Made by a program: the position numbers and the translations under genes
Source: a bacterium
Lineage (GTDB): Bacteria > Patescibacteriota > Andersenbacteria > UBA10190
Direction: 5' to 3'
Length of the DNA: 64,000 bases
NCBI GenBank assembly: GCA_043811915.1
Contig: JBDRMS010000008.1
Location: 109 to 64,108, forward strand
The notes under the pieces: generated by a model
The model's database searches: none
What the model was told of the DNA's origin: nothing
The model's input: the letters and a program-made list of their open reading frames with translations, nothing else
In this document: positions 7,925-20,500 of the stretch, one piece after another
Numbering within the stretch: position 1 is the first letter of the stretch
Layout: each line of letters starts with the position of its first letter

Positions 7925-8009
7925 TAAAAAAGCCCCGGTAACTAAAAAGTCACAAAGGGCAAAGTGCTTTTTTCTTCAGATTTCCGCCGGCGCTTACTTG
8001 CCATCTCTC

Positions 8010-8306
8010 TTAATCTTCCTCCACAAAATCTTCCTCCCCAGGTCCAAGGTTGTCGTCTGACACTGTCGGCAACGATGGCGGCGCCATCTCGCCGCTATCC
8101 CCTGCAACCACTAGATCAAGCTCCTGCTGCCGTATAAACTCTTCATCCGCCTGCTTCAGTAATAGATCAACCTTGGGACCATACAACGCCTCCAGAACAA
8201 GCGCCCTAACCTGCTTCTTTGTCATCGGAACTGTCGCCTGCCCGCCGTCAGTTTCATTCATCAACGCATAACGATCTTCATTCAGTTTTTTTATTCTCGC
8301 TTGCAT
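8010..8306 (-). CDS. Hypothetical protein with acidic tail
   Basis: 98 aa, AAGGAGG SD upstream, fills the gap between ychF and rpsF. Confidence 0.6.
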   Translation of the reverse strand: MQARIKKLNEDRYALMNETDGGQATVPMTKKQVRALVLEALYGPKVDLLLKQADEEFIRQQELDLVVAGDSGEMAPPSLPTVSDDNLGPGEEDFVEED

Positions 8307-8393
8307 CGCCAGGACCTCCTTTTTTATATCTGTTGCTTGTTGATAAGGTACTAAACACTAAAACATCCTGCCACTATATAGAGCTGCCGCCTT

Positions 8394-8422
8394 TTGACAA
8401 GCCAGACGCTATAATGTAATAT
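8394..8422 (+). promoter_or_regulatory. Promoter of rpsF-ssb-rpsR
   Basis: TTGACA-17-TAATAT, ending 10 nt before the ATG. Confidence 0.6.
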
Positions 8423-8432
8423 CATTGAGATT

Positions 8433-8888
8433 ATGTCAGAATATGAAATTACTTATCTAGCCCGGCCAGAGCTGGATGAGACCGACAAAAACAAGCTCGA
8501 CGAGACTGTCGACGCCGCTATCGCTGAACTCAAGGGCCAAATCACCCACAGTACTCCTCCCACTGACTCTCCTGGCAGTCGTCGCCGGCTCCACTATCCC
8601 GTCGAAGACAAACACGTCGCCTGGCTCCGCGCCGTCCAAATTGAGCTATCCTCTGATAAAATCGAGCAACTGCGCACCATTCTAAAAAAGCAGGATAACA
8701 TTATACGACTCTCTATTCTGGCTACTCCTCGTCGTTCTGAAGTCTCCGCCGCTATTTTTGACAAAACACCTGCCAGGAAGGAGGCTGCTTCAACAACACC
8801 AGCCAAGAAAAAAGAGCCAACCAAAGAAGTTACCATGACTGAAATCGAGGAAAAAATTGAACAGGTCCTGGACGAGGAGGTAAAATAA
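8433..8888 (+). CDS. rpsF: 30S ribosomal protein S6
   Basis: [11 protein letters not shown]...RRLHYPV...IIRL; rpsF-ssb-rpsR synteny. Confidence 0.92.
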   Translation: MSEYEITYLARPELDETDKNKLDETVDAAIAELKGQITHSTPPTDSPGSRRRLHYPVEDKHVAWLRAVQIELSSDKIEQLRTILKKQDNIIRLSILATPRRSEVSAAIFDKTPARKEAASTTPAKKKEPTKEVTMTEIEEKIEQVLDEEVK

Positions 8889-8892
8889 GGAT

Positions 8893-9351
8893 ATGGATTT
8901 AAACAAAGTTATGATTATTGGCCGGCTAACGGCTGATCCTGAAGCCCGCACTACCCCTCAAGGCGTATCCGTTACCAATTTCTCTGTCGCCACCAACCGG
9001 GTCTGGAAAGACGATTCCGGCAATCAGCAGGATCGCGTCGAATACCACAATGTTGTCGCCTGGCGCCGATTAGCCGAAATATGTGCTCAATATCTTTCCA
9101 AGGGCCGCCAAATATACGTTGAAGGACATCTGCAGACACGCTCCTGGGAAGGCCAGGACGGCAAAAAAAATTATCGTACCGAAGTTGTTGCCGACAACAT
9201 GATCATGCTCGGCAGCCGACCCGACAGCACCAGTCAGCCAGCGCCGGCTATGGCCACAGTTTCAACCGCACCCAAGCAACAACAACCAGCTGCTGATCAG
9301 ACAAACTTAGCGAAGGACGAAGAAATTCGCATCGAAGATATACCCTTTTAA
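8893..9351 (+). CDS. ssb: Single-stranded DNA-binding protein
   Basis: [15 protein letters not shown]...EDIPF C-terminus. Confidence 0.98.
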   Translation: MDLNKVMIIGRLTADPEARTTPQGVSVTNFSVATNRVWKDDSGNQQDRVEYHNVVAWRRLAEICAQYLSKGRQIYVEGHLQTRSWEGQDGKKNYRTEVVADNMIMLGSRPDSTSQPAPAMATVSTAPKQQQPAADQTNLAKDEEIRIEDIPF

Positions 9352-9354
9352 ATT

Positions 9355-9570
9355 ATGAAGAAGAATCCCAACCTGTCTTGCCTCCTGTGCGTTGAAAATA
9401 TTGATGGCGTCACCCTTCGCGACACCGACGTACTGCGTCGCTTCATTAGCGGCCAAAACAAAATTCTGCCCCGCAAAAAAACCGGTTCCTGCTCCAAGCA
9501 CCAAAGAAAGTTAGCCCGGGAGATAAAAAGAGCTCGCGAGATGGGACTGCTCGGCTATCGTGGTCAGTGA
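9355..9570 (+). CDS. rpsR: 30S ribosomal protein S18 (Cys-containing type)
   Basis: CLLC...KILPRKKTGSCSKHQRKLAREIKRAR. Confidence 0.95.
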   Translation: MKKNPNLSCLLCVENIDGVTLRDTDVLRRFISGQNKILPRKKTGSCSKHQRKLAREIKRAREMGLLGYRGQ

Positions 9571-9860
9571 GAAAAAATTTCATCCCCCGCAACGACGCCT
9601 TTGTCTGCGAGCGCTGCGGTAAAAAGGTTGTGCCCGCCTCCGGCACGTTCAGAAACCACTGTCCCTTCTGCCTGACTTCCAAACATGTCGACAAATATCT
9701 TCCCGGCGACCGTCTTTCCATCTGCGGCGGTCTTATGCCCGTCATTCGCTATGAAGGCACCGATCCCGACAAATTGGAACTCATTCAACAATGCAAAAAA
9801 TGCGGACGGGTTCGCCGCAACCGCACTGCCCCAGACGACAATAAACAACTTCTGTTTTAA
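9567..9860 (+). CDS. RNHCP domain protein
   Basis: FVCERCG...[14 protein letters not shown]...PGDR...CGGLM...CKKCG. Confidence 0.92.
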   Translation: MRKNFIPRNDAFVCERCGKKVVPASGTFRNHCPFCLTSKHVDKYLPGDRLSICGGLMPVIRYEGTDPDKLELIQQCKKCGRVRRNRTAPDDNKQLLF

Positions 9861-10870
9861 GGCTTATTCATTTTCTTCTCTTCTTCTTCTACTTCCTGCC
9901 AGATAGCTTTCTCTAATTGTTTAGTCAACTTACTGTCCCCCTTCAGGGTTCTTTTAGACGCCTCGCGTCCTTGTCCCAGCTTTAAATCGCCATAAGACAA
10001 CCAGCTACCAGCCTTCTTTATTAATTTGTATTCCACCCCCTTGTCTACCAAATCCCCCTCCCGGCTAATCCCCTCATTGTACATAATATCAAACTCCGCC
10101 ACTTTAAAAGGCGGTGCCACTTTATTCTTTACCACCTTGGAATAAACCCGGTTACCGATAATTCTATCCCCTACCTTGATATTGGCCCGCCGTCGTACCT
10201 CTATACGCACTGAAGAGTAAAATTTAAGCGCCTTGCCACCCGTCGTCGTCTCCGGATTACCGAACATCACTCCAATTTGCATCCGAATCTGATTTATAAA
10301 TATAACCGTTGTATTTGATTTGGCCGCAATAGCTGTCAGCTTTCGTAAGGCCTGCGACATTAATCGTGCCTGTAATCCCATATGACTGGCCCCCATCTCG
10401 CCCTCAATTTCCGCCCGGGGAGTCAACGCCGCCACTGAATCAATTACCACCAGATCAACAGACGCTGACTGCACTAGCGTCTCTACAATGTCCAACGCCT
10501 GCTCTCCCGTATCTGGCTGGCTAATCAGCAAGTCGTCAATATTCACTCCAACGCGCTTGGCATACTGCGGGTCCAACGCATGTTCCGCATCCACGTAAGC
10601 CACTATACCGCCTTTTCTCTGCGCACTGGCTGAAATATGCAAAGCCAACGTCGACTTTCCGCTAGATTCCGGACCATAAATCTCAATAATGCGCCCTCGT
10701 GGTACTCCGCCAATCCCCAAAGCAATATCCAGCGATATTGAGCCGGTGGGGATAGCATCAATGTCAACTTTTTTAGCTTCCCCCAATTTCATAATCGCCC
10801 CCTCACCAAAGCGTTCCTTAATAGCTTCTATCGCCGCGTCTATAGAAGATATTTGGCTATCTTTTGCCAT
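9857..10870 (-). CDS. recA: Recombinase A
   Basis: [40 protein letters not shown]. Confidence 0.99.
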   Translation of the reverse strand: MAKDSQISSIDAAIEAIKERFGEGAIMKLGEAKKVDIDAIPTGSISLDIALGIGGVPRGRIIEIYGPESSGKSTLALHISASAQRKGGIVAYVDAEHALDPQYAKRVGVNIDDLLISQPDTGEQALDIVETLVQSASVDLVVIDSVAALTPRAEIEGEMGASHMGLQARLMSQALRKLTAIAAKSNTTVIFINQIRMQIGVMFGNPETTTGGKALKFYSSVRIEVRRRANIKVGDRIIGNRVYSKVVKNKVAPPFKVAEFDIMYNEGISREGDLVDKGVEYKLIKKAGSWLSYGDLKLGQGREASKRTLKGDSKLTKQLEKAIWQEVEEEEKKMNKP

Positions 10871-10884
10871 CTCCTCACCCTACC

Positions 10885-11523
10885 CTACGAACGCGGTACC
10901 AGCAAGTCCCGCTTCAATACCCGAGTACGACCTGATACTCCTCTAGCCTCCAGTTGCAAAACATTAATTCCCGGCCGCAGCATCAACTCCATTTCAAAGG
11001 TACCGTCTTCGGCCAACAGTGCCACCTGGCCATTCACTGTTACATATGCTTCTGTTTCAGCCCGGCCCCGCACCACCACTTGCGACTCCTCTATTACCGT
11101 CACCGTCGGCTCCAGAAGCTCCAACTCAGGCAACCTCACAAACGTCTGCACTTGCAATCCCAAATAACCAATCACCAACAATGCTCCTACCAAGGCCCCC
11201 AGTACCAACACTCCAGCTGGCGTCCAAACGCGCCCTAACCACCTGGCCCGCTGTGGCAGCCGCAACGGCACCCGCTCCTTAGTCCCAGACAAAGAACGTA
11301 AAAAAGCATAATATGTTTTCTGGCGTTCTACTCCAAGATATCGAGCGTACCGCACATAGGCCCCCCGCGCATAAACCTCTGCCGCAAACACATCTAAATT
11401 ATCCTGTTCCAAGGCTTCCAATTGCACTGGTGGTATGCGTAATTCCGCCGCCACTGCGTCCAGCGTCAACCTCTTTTTTTTCCTGGCCGCCTGCAATATG
11501 TCGCCTGCGCTCGCACCTACCAT
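10885..11523 (-). CDS. RodZ-like HTH membrane protein with C-terminal Ig-like domain
   Basis: N-terminal HTH (VYARGAYVRYARYLG), one TM segment; downstream of ftsK. Confidence 0.8.
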   Translation of the reverse strand: MVGASAGDILQAARKKKRLTLDAVAAELRIPPVQLEALEQDNLDVFAAEVYARGAYVRYARYLGVERQKTYYAFLRSLSGTKERVPLRLPQRARWLGRVWTPAGVLVLGALVGALLVIGYLGLQVQTFVRLPELELLEPTVTVIEESQVVVRGRAETEAYVTVNGQVALLAEDGTFEMELMLRPGINVLQLEARGVSGRTRVLKRDLLVPRS

Positions 11524-13697
11524 TTGGCTTTCTCGTCCTCTTCCTCATGCTCATCCCTCATCTCCGACTGCAGTGGTGCTTCTTGCAACACTGGACGGGG
11601 TTTGTTCCCCTCCGCACAGCCAATCACACCCTGTTCTTCCAACATATCAAGCAATCTTGCTGCCCGTGCATAACCCACTCGCAGTCGCCGCTGCAACAAA
11701 CTGGCGCTCGCTTTGCCGGCCAGTACCACCAGCCGCTGTGCCTCCCCCAGTAAAGGATCATCCCCCCTCCCGCTCGTCAGAACGTCCCCTTCACATACCT
11801 GCGCCGTCACCGCTTCGTTATAATCCGGCTCACCCGCCTTTTGCACTTCCTTCACCACCCGACGCACCTCCTCTTCCGACACAAAGCCGCCTTGAATTCG
11901 AATTGGCCGCGCCTTGTCACCAGACAAATACAGCATGTCTCCATTGCCCACCAATTTTTCTGCTCCCGCCATATCAATAATTGTTCGCGAATCAACTTGT
12001 GATGCCACCGAAAACGCAATCCGCGACGGTACGTTAGCCTTAATTAACCCCGTCAGCACATTCACCGACGGACGCTGCGTTGCCAACACCAGGTGAATTC
12101 CCACCGCCCGCGCCAGCTGCGACAGTCTCACAATCGGCCCTTCCACCTCACGCCCGTGCCTAACCATCAAATCAGCCAGCTCATCAATCACAATCACAAT
12201 AAATGGCCGGGCTTCAGTCGGGTTACTTAAGTTAAAAGACAACAAGTTACGTGCCCCAGACTCCTCCAACAATCTATATCTCACATCCATCTCTTCAATC
12301 GCCCATTTCAAGGCATGAACAGTTTTCTCCACATCCACAATCACTGGTGACAATAGATGGGGAATGTTGTTGTAAACCGGCAGTTCCACCCGCTTCGGGT
12401 CCACCATTATAAATCGTACTACGTCCGGCGAATTACGGTACAGCCACGACACCAGCAATGTATGAATATTCACCGATTTACCCGACCCCGTGGCTCCGGC
12501 TATCAACAAATGAGGCAAACGCTCCAGTGTATCCACCACCACTTGCCCCGACACATCCCTCCCCAAAGGAAAGGCCAGGGGAGACTCCGCCTCTCGAAAT
12601 TCGCGTGACATCAAAAGATCCCGCAGACGCACCAGCGACGGCGTCTTATTTGGAATCTCTATTCCCACCAGGTCCTTATTAGGAATTGGCGCTTCAATAC
12701 GAATCGGGTGAGCTGCCAAAGCTAACGCTAAGTCGTTTTGTAATGCTGTGATACGCGTTAACTTTGTTCCTTCTTCCGGTCGCAGCGTATACTGCGTCAC
12801 CGTCGGACCCACATTTGCTTCTCCCATCTCCACCTGAATACCAAAATGTTCCAATGTACGTCGAATAGTCTCCTTGGTTTGTTTCTCCAAATCCCTATTC
12901 CGCGTGCCCACTCGCCCCGCAGATTGCAACAACTTCAACACTGCCGGGCGATACCGACGCCCACCGCTTAGGAGCTGCTGTGTCAGGCGACTCCCCTCCT
13001 CATGCTGACTTAAGGACAACCCGCTTGTCTCCATCTCCGGTTGCTCAATACCTCGTACCGCCTTCATTCGAAAACGAGGACCGGCCGACTCCTGTTCAAA
13101 ATCCTCTTCTTCCTCTTCTATTTCATCTTCTTTCCGGTCAGACCGAAAAGCCTGGCGCAACCATCCCCACACATCCGCTGGCGAAATCCGAAAAGTCAAA
13201 ATCATTCCAATAAAAAACGATCCAAGAAAGATCAGCGCCGCCGCCGCCCGAGACACTGCCTGGCTCAAAGGGAAGCTCAATAGAAAACCAAGGTAGCCAC
13301 CCGCCCGTCCCTCATGAGCTGCCTGCAACGCATCGTCAGCCGACGCTCCCACAATATGAAAAAATCCTAGTAATCCCACCGTTGTCAGTAAAACTCCTAC
13401 CACTCTAAGCCGCCCCAACTCAAAACGCCGCGGCCACACCAGGTGCAGCGCCCAGGCAACCAGAATCATCGGTACCAGGTAAGCAAACCAGCCAAATACT
13501 CGTCGCAAAAACCCCAGCACCAATGTCCCTGTCGGACCCGCAGCGTCAAAAAAGCTTAATATCGCAATCAAGGAAAAGACCAGCACAATAATACCAAACA
13601 CAGCCCTCCTCGCCTGCGGTGAAAGCCAACTCTCCGCTTCAACACTAGAACGCCTGTAACTTTGCTTTTTCTTACGCCTAAACGGGTTCAGCCTCAT
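11517..13697 (-). CDS. ftsK: DNA translocase FtsK
   Basis: 4TM N-terminus, GATGSGKS, VIDELADLM, ATQRPSV, gamma domain LQRRLRVGYARAARL. Confidence 0.97.
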   Translation of the reverse strand: MRLNPFRRKKKQSYRRSSVEAESWLSPQARRAVFGIIVLVFSLIAILSFFDAAGPTGTLVLGFLRRVFGWFAYLVPMILVAWALHLVWPRRFELGRLRVVGVLLTTVGLLGFFHIVGASADDALQAAHEGRAGGYLGFLLSFPLSQAVSRAAAALIFLGSFFIGMILTFRISPADVWGWLRQAFRSDRKEDEIEEEEEDFEQESAGPRFRMKAVRGIEQPEMETSGLSLSQHEEGSRLTQQLLSGGRRYRPAVLKLLQSAGRVGTRNRDLEKQTKETIRRTLEHFGIQVEMGEANVGPTVTQYTLRPEEGTKLTRITALQNDLALALAAHPIRIEAPIPNKDLVGIEIPNKTPSLVRLRDLLMSREFREAESPLAFPLGRDVSGQVVVDTLERLPHLLIAGATGSGKSVNIHTLLVSWLYRNSPDVVRFIMVDPKRVELPVYNNIPHLLSPVIVDVEKTVHALKWAIEEMDVRYRLLEESGARNLLSFNLSNPTEARPFIVIVIDELADLMVRHGREVEGPIVRLSQLARAVGIHLVLATQRPSVNVLTGLIKANVPSRIAFSVASQVDSRTIIDMAGAEKLVGNGDMLYLSGDKARPIRIQGGFVSEEEVRRVVKEVQKAGEPDYNEAVTAQVCEGDVLTSGRGDDPLLGEAQRLVVLAGKASASLLQRRLRVGYARAARLLDMLEEQGVIGCAEGNKPRPVLQEAPLQSEMRDEHEEEDEKAKW

Positions 13698-13716
13698 GTT
13701 CCCCCATTATACACGC

Positions 13717-16700
13717 CTACTTCTCTTCTTTATACCCCGTTCCGACCGGGATCAGCCGGCCAATAATTACATTTTCCTTCAGGCCCTCTAAATTATCGAC
13801 CCTGCCCGTTACCGCCGCATCAATTAACACCCGGGCTGTTTCCATAAACGAGGCCGCCGACAAAAAGCTACGCGTGGTCAGGGACACTTTTGTAATACCC
13901 AGCAACAACTGCTCGCCTATAGCCGGGGCCTTCTTCTCTGCTTTTGCTTTTTTATTCGCCGCCAGAAATTCCACCAATTCAACCACTCTACCTGATAGTA
14001 ATTCCGTATCCCCCGCTTCGTGCACTCTAACCCGAGATAGCATTTGCCGCACAATAATCTCCAGGTGCTTGTCATTAATCGTCTCACCCTGAATGGCATA
14101 AACCTGCTGTACTTCTCGCAATATATAACGTTGCACTGCTCGCACCCCAGCCACCTCGTACAATGCCTGCACATCCAGGTGCCCTTCCGTCAACTGCTGG
14201 CCCGCCATCACCTCTTGACCATCCTTTATTTCCAACGTCGTGTTAGTCGGCACTGAATATTCGCGCACATCCTTACCCTGGCCCCGCAAAACTAAAGCGT
14301 CATCATTCACTGTAATCACTCCGTCAAAAGGAGCCCTCACATCTTCCCCATTCACATTTACGAACAATTTGTCCCCTCCACTCACTTTCTGTCCTGTCTT
14401 AACACCCGAAGCCACTTTAGCCCCGCTAATAACATATTCTTTTGCCTTCGAGCCCTTGGAAGTAACTATTAATCGCACCTCATTCTTTGACCGATTCACT
14501 TCTACCGTTCCATCAACTTCACTCATCACCACTTGTCCCTTCGGAGTTCTAGCCTCTAACAACTCCTCTACCCGAGGCAATCCCTGGGTAATATCCTCCC
14601 CTCCTACCCCACCACTGTGGAAAGTACGCATAGTAAGTTGAGTTCCCGGCTCACCAATAGCCTGCGCCGCTACCACTCCCACCGGTTCTCCAATCTCAAC
14701 CAAACCTCCTCTACCCAAATCCCATCCATAACACATTCGACAAATACCCAGCGTTGCCTTGCACGTCACCACTGAACGCAGGGCCACCTCTTCAATTCCT
14801 AATTCATCAATTCGCGTCGCTTCCTTTCGCCCCATCAGCGTACCTCGCTTAAATACCACCTTATTAGTACGCGGGTGGCGCACCGCCTTTGCTAATACTC
14901 GCCCCATCACACGCGCACTTAGTGCAGTACCAACCTCCTGACTGTCAACTAAATTAACCACCCCTCCCTCTGTATCCTGACAGTCTTCTTCTCGCACCAC
15001 TACATCCTGCGCCACATTCACCAGCCGCCGTGTTAAATATCCTGCCGTAGCCGTTCGCAATGCCGTATCCGCCATCCCCTTACGAGTGCCGTGCGTCGAC
15101 AAAAAGTACTCCAAAGCCGAAAAACCTTCCTTAAAGCTACTTTTAATAGGTACTTCTACCACTTCGCCCGTCGGGCCTGATACCGTACCCTTCATGCCCA
15201 TCATCTGCATAACCTGTGTCCATGATCCCCGCGCTCCCGAATTCACCATGGAAGAAACAGTTCCGTTGGCATCCAATGTCTCCTGCGCCAAACCATTCAT
15301 TTCTTCTCTCACATCCTCCCATATGCCCACCGTCATCCTGTAGCGCTCTTCGTCGGTCAGCAGCCCTTCTTCATACTGTTCACGAATCGCGTCAACTTTT
15401 TCCTGGGCCTGCTGCACAATCTGATCCTTCTTATCCGGCACGGTCAGATCATCCATCCCCCACGACAAACCACTCGCCGTGGCGAAGGCAAAACCCAAAT
15501 CTTTCATTTTATCCAAAAATTCCGCCGCCACCACCTGACCATGCTCATGCAACACATCACCAATAGTTCGCTTCAGTCGCGACTTGTCCAGCTCTTCATT
15601 AACAAACGCGTGCCCCTGAGACAACATCTCATGGAATAACAAACGCCCCATCGTCGTTTCCACAATCTCTTTCTGTTTGTCCGGACGGGGCGCCTTTATC
15701 CGCGCATTAACTGCCACATATCCCAACTCGTAAGCCATGCAAGCTTCAACTACTGAAGCAAAGGCTTTGCCCTCCCCCTTAGCTCCTGATTGTTCTTTTG
15801 TCATGTAGTAAATACCCAACACAATATCTTGCGTGGCCGAAGTGGCTGGCTGTCCATCGGCCGGCTTCAGTAAATTACGGCTGGACAACATCAGCTCGCT
15901 TGCCTCTTTAAGTGCCTTACTCGACAATGGCACGTGCACCGCCATTTGATCTCCATCAAAATCAGCGTTGAAAGGAGTTGTCACCATTGGGTGGACCTGG
16001 ATAGCCTTACCCTCAATCAATACTGGCACAAAGGCCTGAATACCCAGTCGATGCAACGTCGGCGCCCGGTTTAGTAATACTTTGTGCGTACGGGTTATTC
16101 CCTCCAGAGCGTCCCACACCTCCGGAATGGCCTGCTCAATCAAGCGCGAAGCCGAGCGAATATTGTGCGCCAGCTCCCGTTCAATCAATTCGTGAATAAC
16201 GAATGGCTTGAATAACTCCAGTGCCATCAGCTTCGGCAGCCCACATTGATCCAATCGCAGTTCCGGACCCACTACAATCACCGACCGCCCCGAATAATCA
16301 ACTCGCTTACCCAGCAGGTTCTGACGAAAACGTCCTTGTTTACCCTTCAACATATCGGCCAAAGACTTCAGCTGGCGCCGCTGGCCTGTTATGGACGTTG
16401 TTGTAGAACCACGTCGCGCTGCATTATCAACTAATGCATCAACCGCTTCCTGTAACATCCGTTTTTCATTACGCGCAATCACCTCTGGCGCTCCCAGTTC
16501 CAGCAAACGCTTTAGACGATTATTGCGGTTAATCACCCGCCGGTATAAATCATTCAAGTCGGAAGCCGCAAACCTTCCTCCATCTAACTGCACCATTGGT
16601 CGCAAATCCGGCGGAATAACCGGCAACACCGTCAAAAACATCCACTCTGGCTTAATTCCCGCTTTAATTAGCGAGCTCATTAGCGATAACCGCCGCAAGA

Positions 16701-17529
16701 TGCGCTTGCGTTTGGCCGCTGAAGCATCCTTTAGTTCAGACGTCAGCTCCTTCACCTTTTCTTTTAAATCCATCGACTCAAAAATAGATCTGATGGCTTC
16801 CGAACCAATCCCTGCTTTAAACACATGCCCATATTTCAAAGACAGCTCACGATACTCGACTTCAGAAATAATTGTGTGGGGGGTGAGCTCCTTCAGTCTT
16901 TTCTCGGCCTCCGAAATCGCCGTTGTCAGCTTATCCATCTCCACTTTTTCCTGACGCAATAGCGCGTCCTTTTTCTTAATGTCTCCCTTACCCAACTTAG
17001 ACCGCAATTGCTTATACCCTTTTTTGATTGTCGAATGTTTGACATCTCCCTCGCGTCGCAAACGATCCAGCACTTCCTGCTTAGCCGACTCATCCACCTC
17101 AGTTACAATATACGAAGCAAAATATATTACTTTCTCCAACTGGCTGACATTTATATCAAGTAACAAACCCATTTTTGAAGGCACTCCCCGCAAAAACCAG
17201 ATGTGAGAAACCGGCGTCGCCAGCTTTATATGCCCCATTCTCTCCCGACGTACAATCGAGCGTGTCACTTCCACTCCACACTTATCACAAACAATTCCCT
17301 TGTAACGAATGCGCCTGTATTTGCCGCAGTAACACTCCCAGTCTTTAGTCGGCCCAAAAATCCTCTCGTCAAACAGTCCTTCTTTTTCCGGTTTCTGCGT
17401 ACGATAATTAATAGTTTCCGGCTTGGTTATCTCACCAAAAGACCAATCCAGAATTCGTTCCGGCGAAGCCAGCGTTAATCGCACTGCCGTGAAATCAGTC
17501 ATCTCTTGTTGCGCGTCTTGTGCAGTCAT
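13717..17529 (-). CDS. rpoC: RNA polymerase beta' subunit
   Basis: NADFDGD catalytic motif, KPETINYRT, GEPGTQLTMRTFH. Confidence 0.99.
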   Translation of the reverse strand: MTAQDAQQEMTDFTAVRLTLASPERILDWSFGEITKPETINYRTQKPEKEGLFDERIFGPTKDWECYCGKYRRIRYKGIVCDKCGVEVTRSIVRRERMGHIKLATPVSHIWFLRGVPSKMGLLLDINVSQLEKVIYFASYIVTEVDESAKQEVLDRLRREGDVKHSTIKKGYKQLRSKLGKGDIKKKDALLRQEKVEMDKLTTAISEAEKRLKELTPHTIISEVEYRELSLKYGHVFKAGIGSEAIRSIFESMDLKEKVKELTSELKDASAAKRKRILRRLSLMSSLIKAGIKPEWMFLTVLPVIPPDLRPMVQLDGGRFAASDLNDLYRRVINRNNRLKRLLELGAPEVIARNEKRMLQEAVDALVDNAARRGSTTTSITGQRRQLKSLADMLKGKQGRFRQNLLGKRVDYSGRSVIVVGPELRLDQCGLPKLMALELFKPFVIHELIERELAHNIRSASRLIEQAIPEVWDALEGITRTHKVLLNRAPTLHRLGIQAFVPVLIEGKAIQVHPMVTTPFNADFDGDQMAVHVPLSSKALKEASELMLSSRNLLKPADGQPATSATQDIVLGIYYMTKEQSGAKGEGKAFASVVEACMAYELGYVAVNARIKAPRPDKQKEIVETTMGRLLFHEMLSQGHAFVNEELDKSRLKRTIGDVLHEHGQVVAAEFLDKMKDLGFAFATASGLSWGMDDLTVPDKKDQIVQQAQEKVDAIREQYEEGLLTDEERYRMTVGIWEDVREEMNGLAQETLDANGTVSSMVNSGARGSWTQVMQMMGMKGTVSGPTGEVVEVPIKSSFKEGFSALEYFLSTHGTRKGMADTALRTATAGYLTRRLVNVAQDVVVREEDCQDTEGGVVNLVDSQEVGTALSARVMGRVLAKAVRHPRTNKVVFKRGTLMGRKEATRIDELGIEEVALRSVVTCKATLGICRMCYGWDLGRGGLVEIGEPVGVVAAQAIGEPGTQLTMRTFHSGGVGGEDITQGLPRVEELLEARTPKGQVVMSEVDGTVEVNRSKNEVRLIVTSKGSKAKEYVISGAKVASGVKTGQKVSGGDKLFVNVNGEDVRAPFDGVITVNDDALVLRGQGKDVREYSVPTNTTLEIKDGQEVMAGQQLTEGHLDVQALYEVAGVRAVQRYILREVQQVYAIQGETINDKHLEIIVRQMLSRVRVHEAGDTELLSGRVVELVEFLAANKKAKAEKKAPAIGEQLLLGITKVSLTTRSFLSAASFMETARVLIDAAVTGRVDNLEGLKENVIIGRLIPVGTGYKEEK

Positions 17530-17539
17530 AATAGTTTGA

Positions 17540-20500
17540 TTAACGAATACGCACTCCCCGCTCTTTTCCCCTCTCCTGACCAGTTTTCACCGGTATCCTC
17601 ATATACTCGCTTTCCTCTTTTTTCTCTGTTCTAATCACCTTTTGTCCCAATAATTCCACATCCAAAGCCAAGCCTTTAAGTTCTTTAACCAATACATCAA
17701 AAGCAGCTGGCACCCGTGGCGGCTGAATAGCAGTCCCCTTTACAATCGACTCATAAGTTTTACTGCGCCCCGGCACATCGTCTGACTTTATAGTCAGCAT
17801 CTCCTGCAAACTGTGCGCCGCTCCGTATGCCTCGAGCGCCCACACCTCCATCTCACCAAAGCGCTGGCCACCAAACTGCGCCTTACCTCCCAACGGCTGT
17901 TGCGTCACCAGTGAGTATGGCCCTGTTGAACGCATGTGAATTTTGTCGTCTACCAGATGATGCAATTTCAACACATACATCACCCCCACCGTCACCGGGT
18001 GATCAAAAGCCTCACCTGATATACCATTAAACAGCTGCATTTTTCCATCCTCCGGCAAACCAGCCTTAATCAATTGCTCACGAATCTCACTCTCCTTCAC
18101 TCCCACAAACGAAGGAGAAGCCACAAAAAACTTCAACCGCTGCGCCGCTATCCCTAAATGAGTCTCCAGTATTTGACCAATATTCATACGACTGGCCACT
18201 CCCATAGGATTCAAAACAATATCTACCGGGGTGCCATCACCCAGGTAAGGCATATCCTCCACCGGGCGAATTTCCGAGATTACTCCCTTGTTCCCATGAC
18301 GGCCAGCTAATTTATCTCCTACCTGTAGTTTACGCATTTGCGCTACGCTTACTTGCACCTGCTGCAATACGCCACTGGGTAACTTGTCGCCTTCTTCACG
18401 AGAAAATATTTTTACATCAACCACCTTGCCCATTTCTCCATGAGCCAGGTACAACGACGTATCTTTAACATCTTTGGCTTTCTCACCGAATATGGCTCGC
18501 AACAGTCTTTCCTCGCTTGTCAGGTCCGTCTCTCCTTTATTAGTCACTTTGCCGACCAGGATGTCCCCGCTGTGAACTTCCGCCCCAACGCGCACAATGC
18601 CATCCCCGGCCAGATTTCGGAGCTTTTCCTCGCTTACATTGGGAATATCGCGTGTGATAACTTCCGGGCCCAGCTTGGTATCACGCACATCCACCAAAAA
18701 ATCTTCCACATGTCCAGATGTAAACCTGTCTTCCTGCACTACTCGCTCCGACACCACAATAGCATCCTCAAAATTCCCTCCGTACCAGGGCACAAAAGCT
18801 ACCAGTAAATTCTGCCCCAGCGATAGCTCGCCCCTATCAGTAGCTGAACCATCCGCAATCAATTCCCCTGCCTTCACTTTTTGTCCCACTTCCACCAATG
18901 GGTGCTGCGTCATTGCCGTTGAGTGGTTGCTGCGCTGAAAGTTTTGCAAACGATACACCTGCTTTTCGTCTCCCTTCCCCTTCACTGTAATATGTCGTGC
19001 ATCAACCTCTGCCACCTCGCCATCAATGGTAGACAGCACCACCTGTCCCGAGTCATACGCCGCCCTGCCTTCCAAACCGGTTCCTATCCTTGGTGCCTCC
19101 GGTACCACTGGCGGCACTGCCTGACGTTGCATGTTTGATCCCATCAAAGCTCGTTGGGCGTCATCATGTTCAATAAACGGAATCATGCCCGCTCCAATAC
19201 TGACAATCTGTTGCGGCGATACATCAATATAATCAACTTGCTTTGGCTTCACCTCCGCAAACTGTCCCCGTTCCCGGGCCTCTACTTTGCTGCCTGTTAA
19301 TCTACCCGTGTTGTCTCTTGGTTCTTCCGCTTGAGCAATAATGTATTTTTCCTCCTGGTAAGCGTCCAGATACTCAATTTCATCCGTTACTTTTCCGTCT
19401 TCTACCTTGTGATATGGTGTCTCTAAAAATCCATACTCATTTAGACGAGCATAAACCGCCATGTGCCCCACCAGGCCAATATTCGGTCCTTCTGGTGTTT
19501 GAATAGGACAAATTCGTCCATAGTGGGAACGATGCACGTCTCTCACCTCAAATCCTGCCCGATGCCTGTCCAGGCCCCCCGGCCCCATCGCACTCATGCG
19601 TCGTTTATGCTCTATTTCCGACAACGGATTTGTCTGATCCATAAATTGAGACAGCTGTGAACTGGTAAAGAATTCCTTAATAGCCGCAATAATCGGCCGC
19701 GCATTAACCAGCTGTGCCGCCGTTACTTTATCCAGTTCCAGCGTACTCATACGGTCTTTAGCGATACGCTCCATGCGTGTCAGGCCCACTCTAAATTTGT
19801 TCTGGATCAATTCGCCCACTGGCCGCACTCTTCGATTGCCTAAATGGTCAATATCATCAGCTGGTTCCTGACTTACATTCAATCGAATAACTTCACGCAG
19901 TACCGCCACCACATCTTCGTTACGCAAAATACGATGTTCCGGAGCTTGAGATACCTTCAAAGACAATCGCTGGTTCATGCGATACCGCCCCACTTTGCCA
20001 AAATCATATCTGTCCAGGCGAAAAAACATATCATGAATCATCTGTCGCGCATTATCTACCGTAGCCAGGTCCCCTGGCCTTAGCCGTTTGTAAATTTCCC
20101 GCAAGCCTTCTGCCACATTGTGGGTTATGTCACGAGCTAACGTCGCCTCAATAAACTTAATCTCGGCGTCAGTATCAATATCCGCAAACATTCCTTTCAT
20201 TTTCTCGTTATCGGTCTCAATTTCCAAAGCCCGAAGTAATGTCGTAATTGCTACCTTGCGTTTGCGATCAATACGAACGTACACCGCTCCATCTGCCGCT
20301 GTCTCCAATTCCAACCAGGCTCCTCGATTAGGAATAATCTTGGCTCCATACCAAACCCTGCCCTTACTAAATTGGGATGTAAAAAAAACGCCTGGGGAGC
20401 GAATTAGTTGAGACACCACCACGCGTTCTACACCATTAATAATAAAGGTTCCCCGGCCAGTCATCACCGGGAACTCACCTAAATATACTTCCTGCTCCTT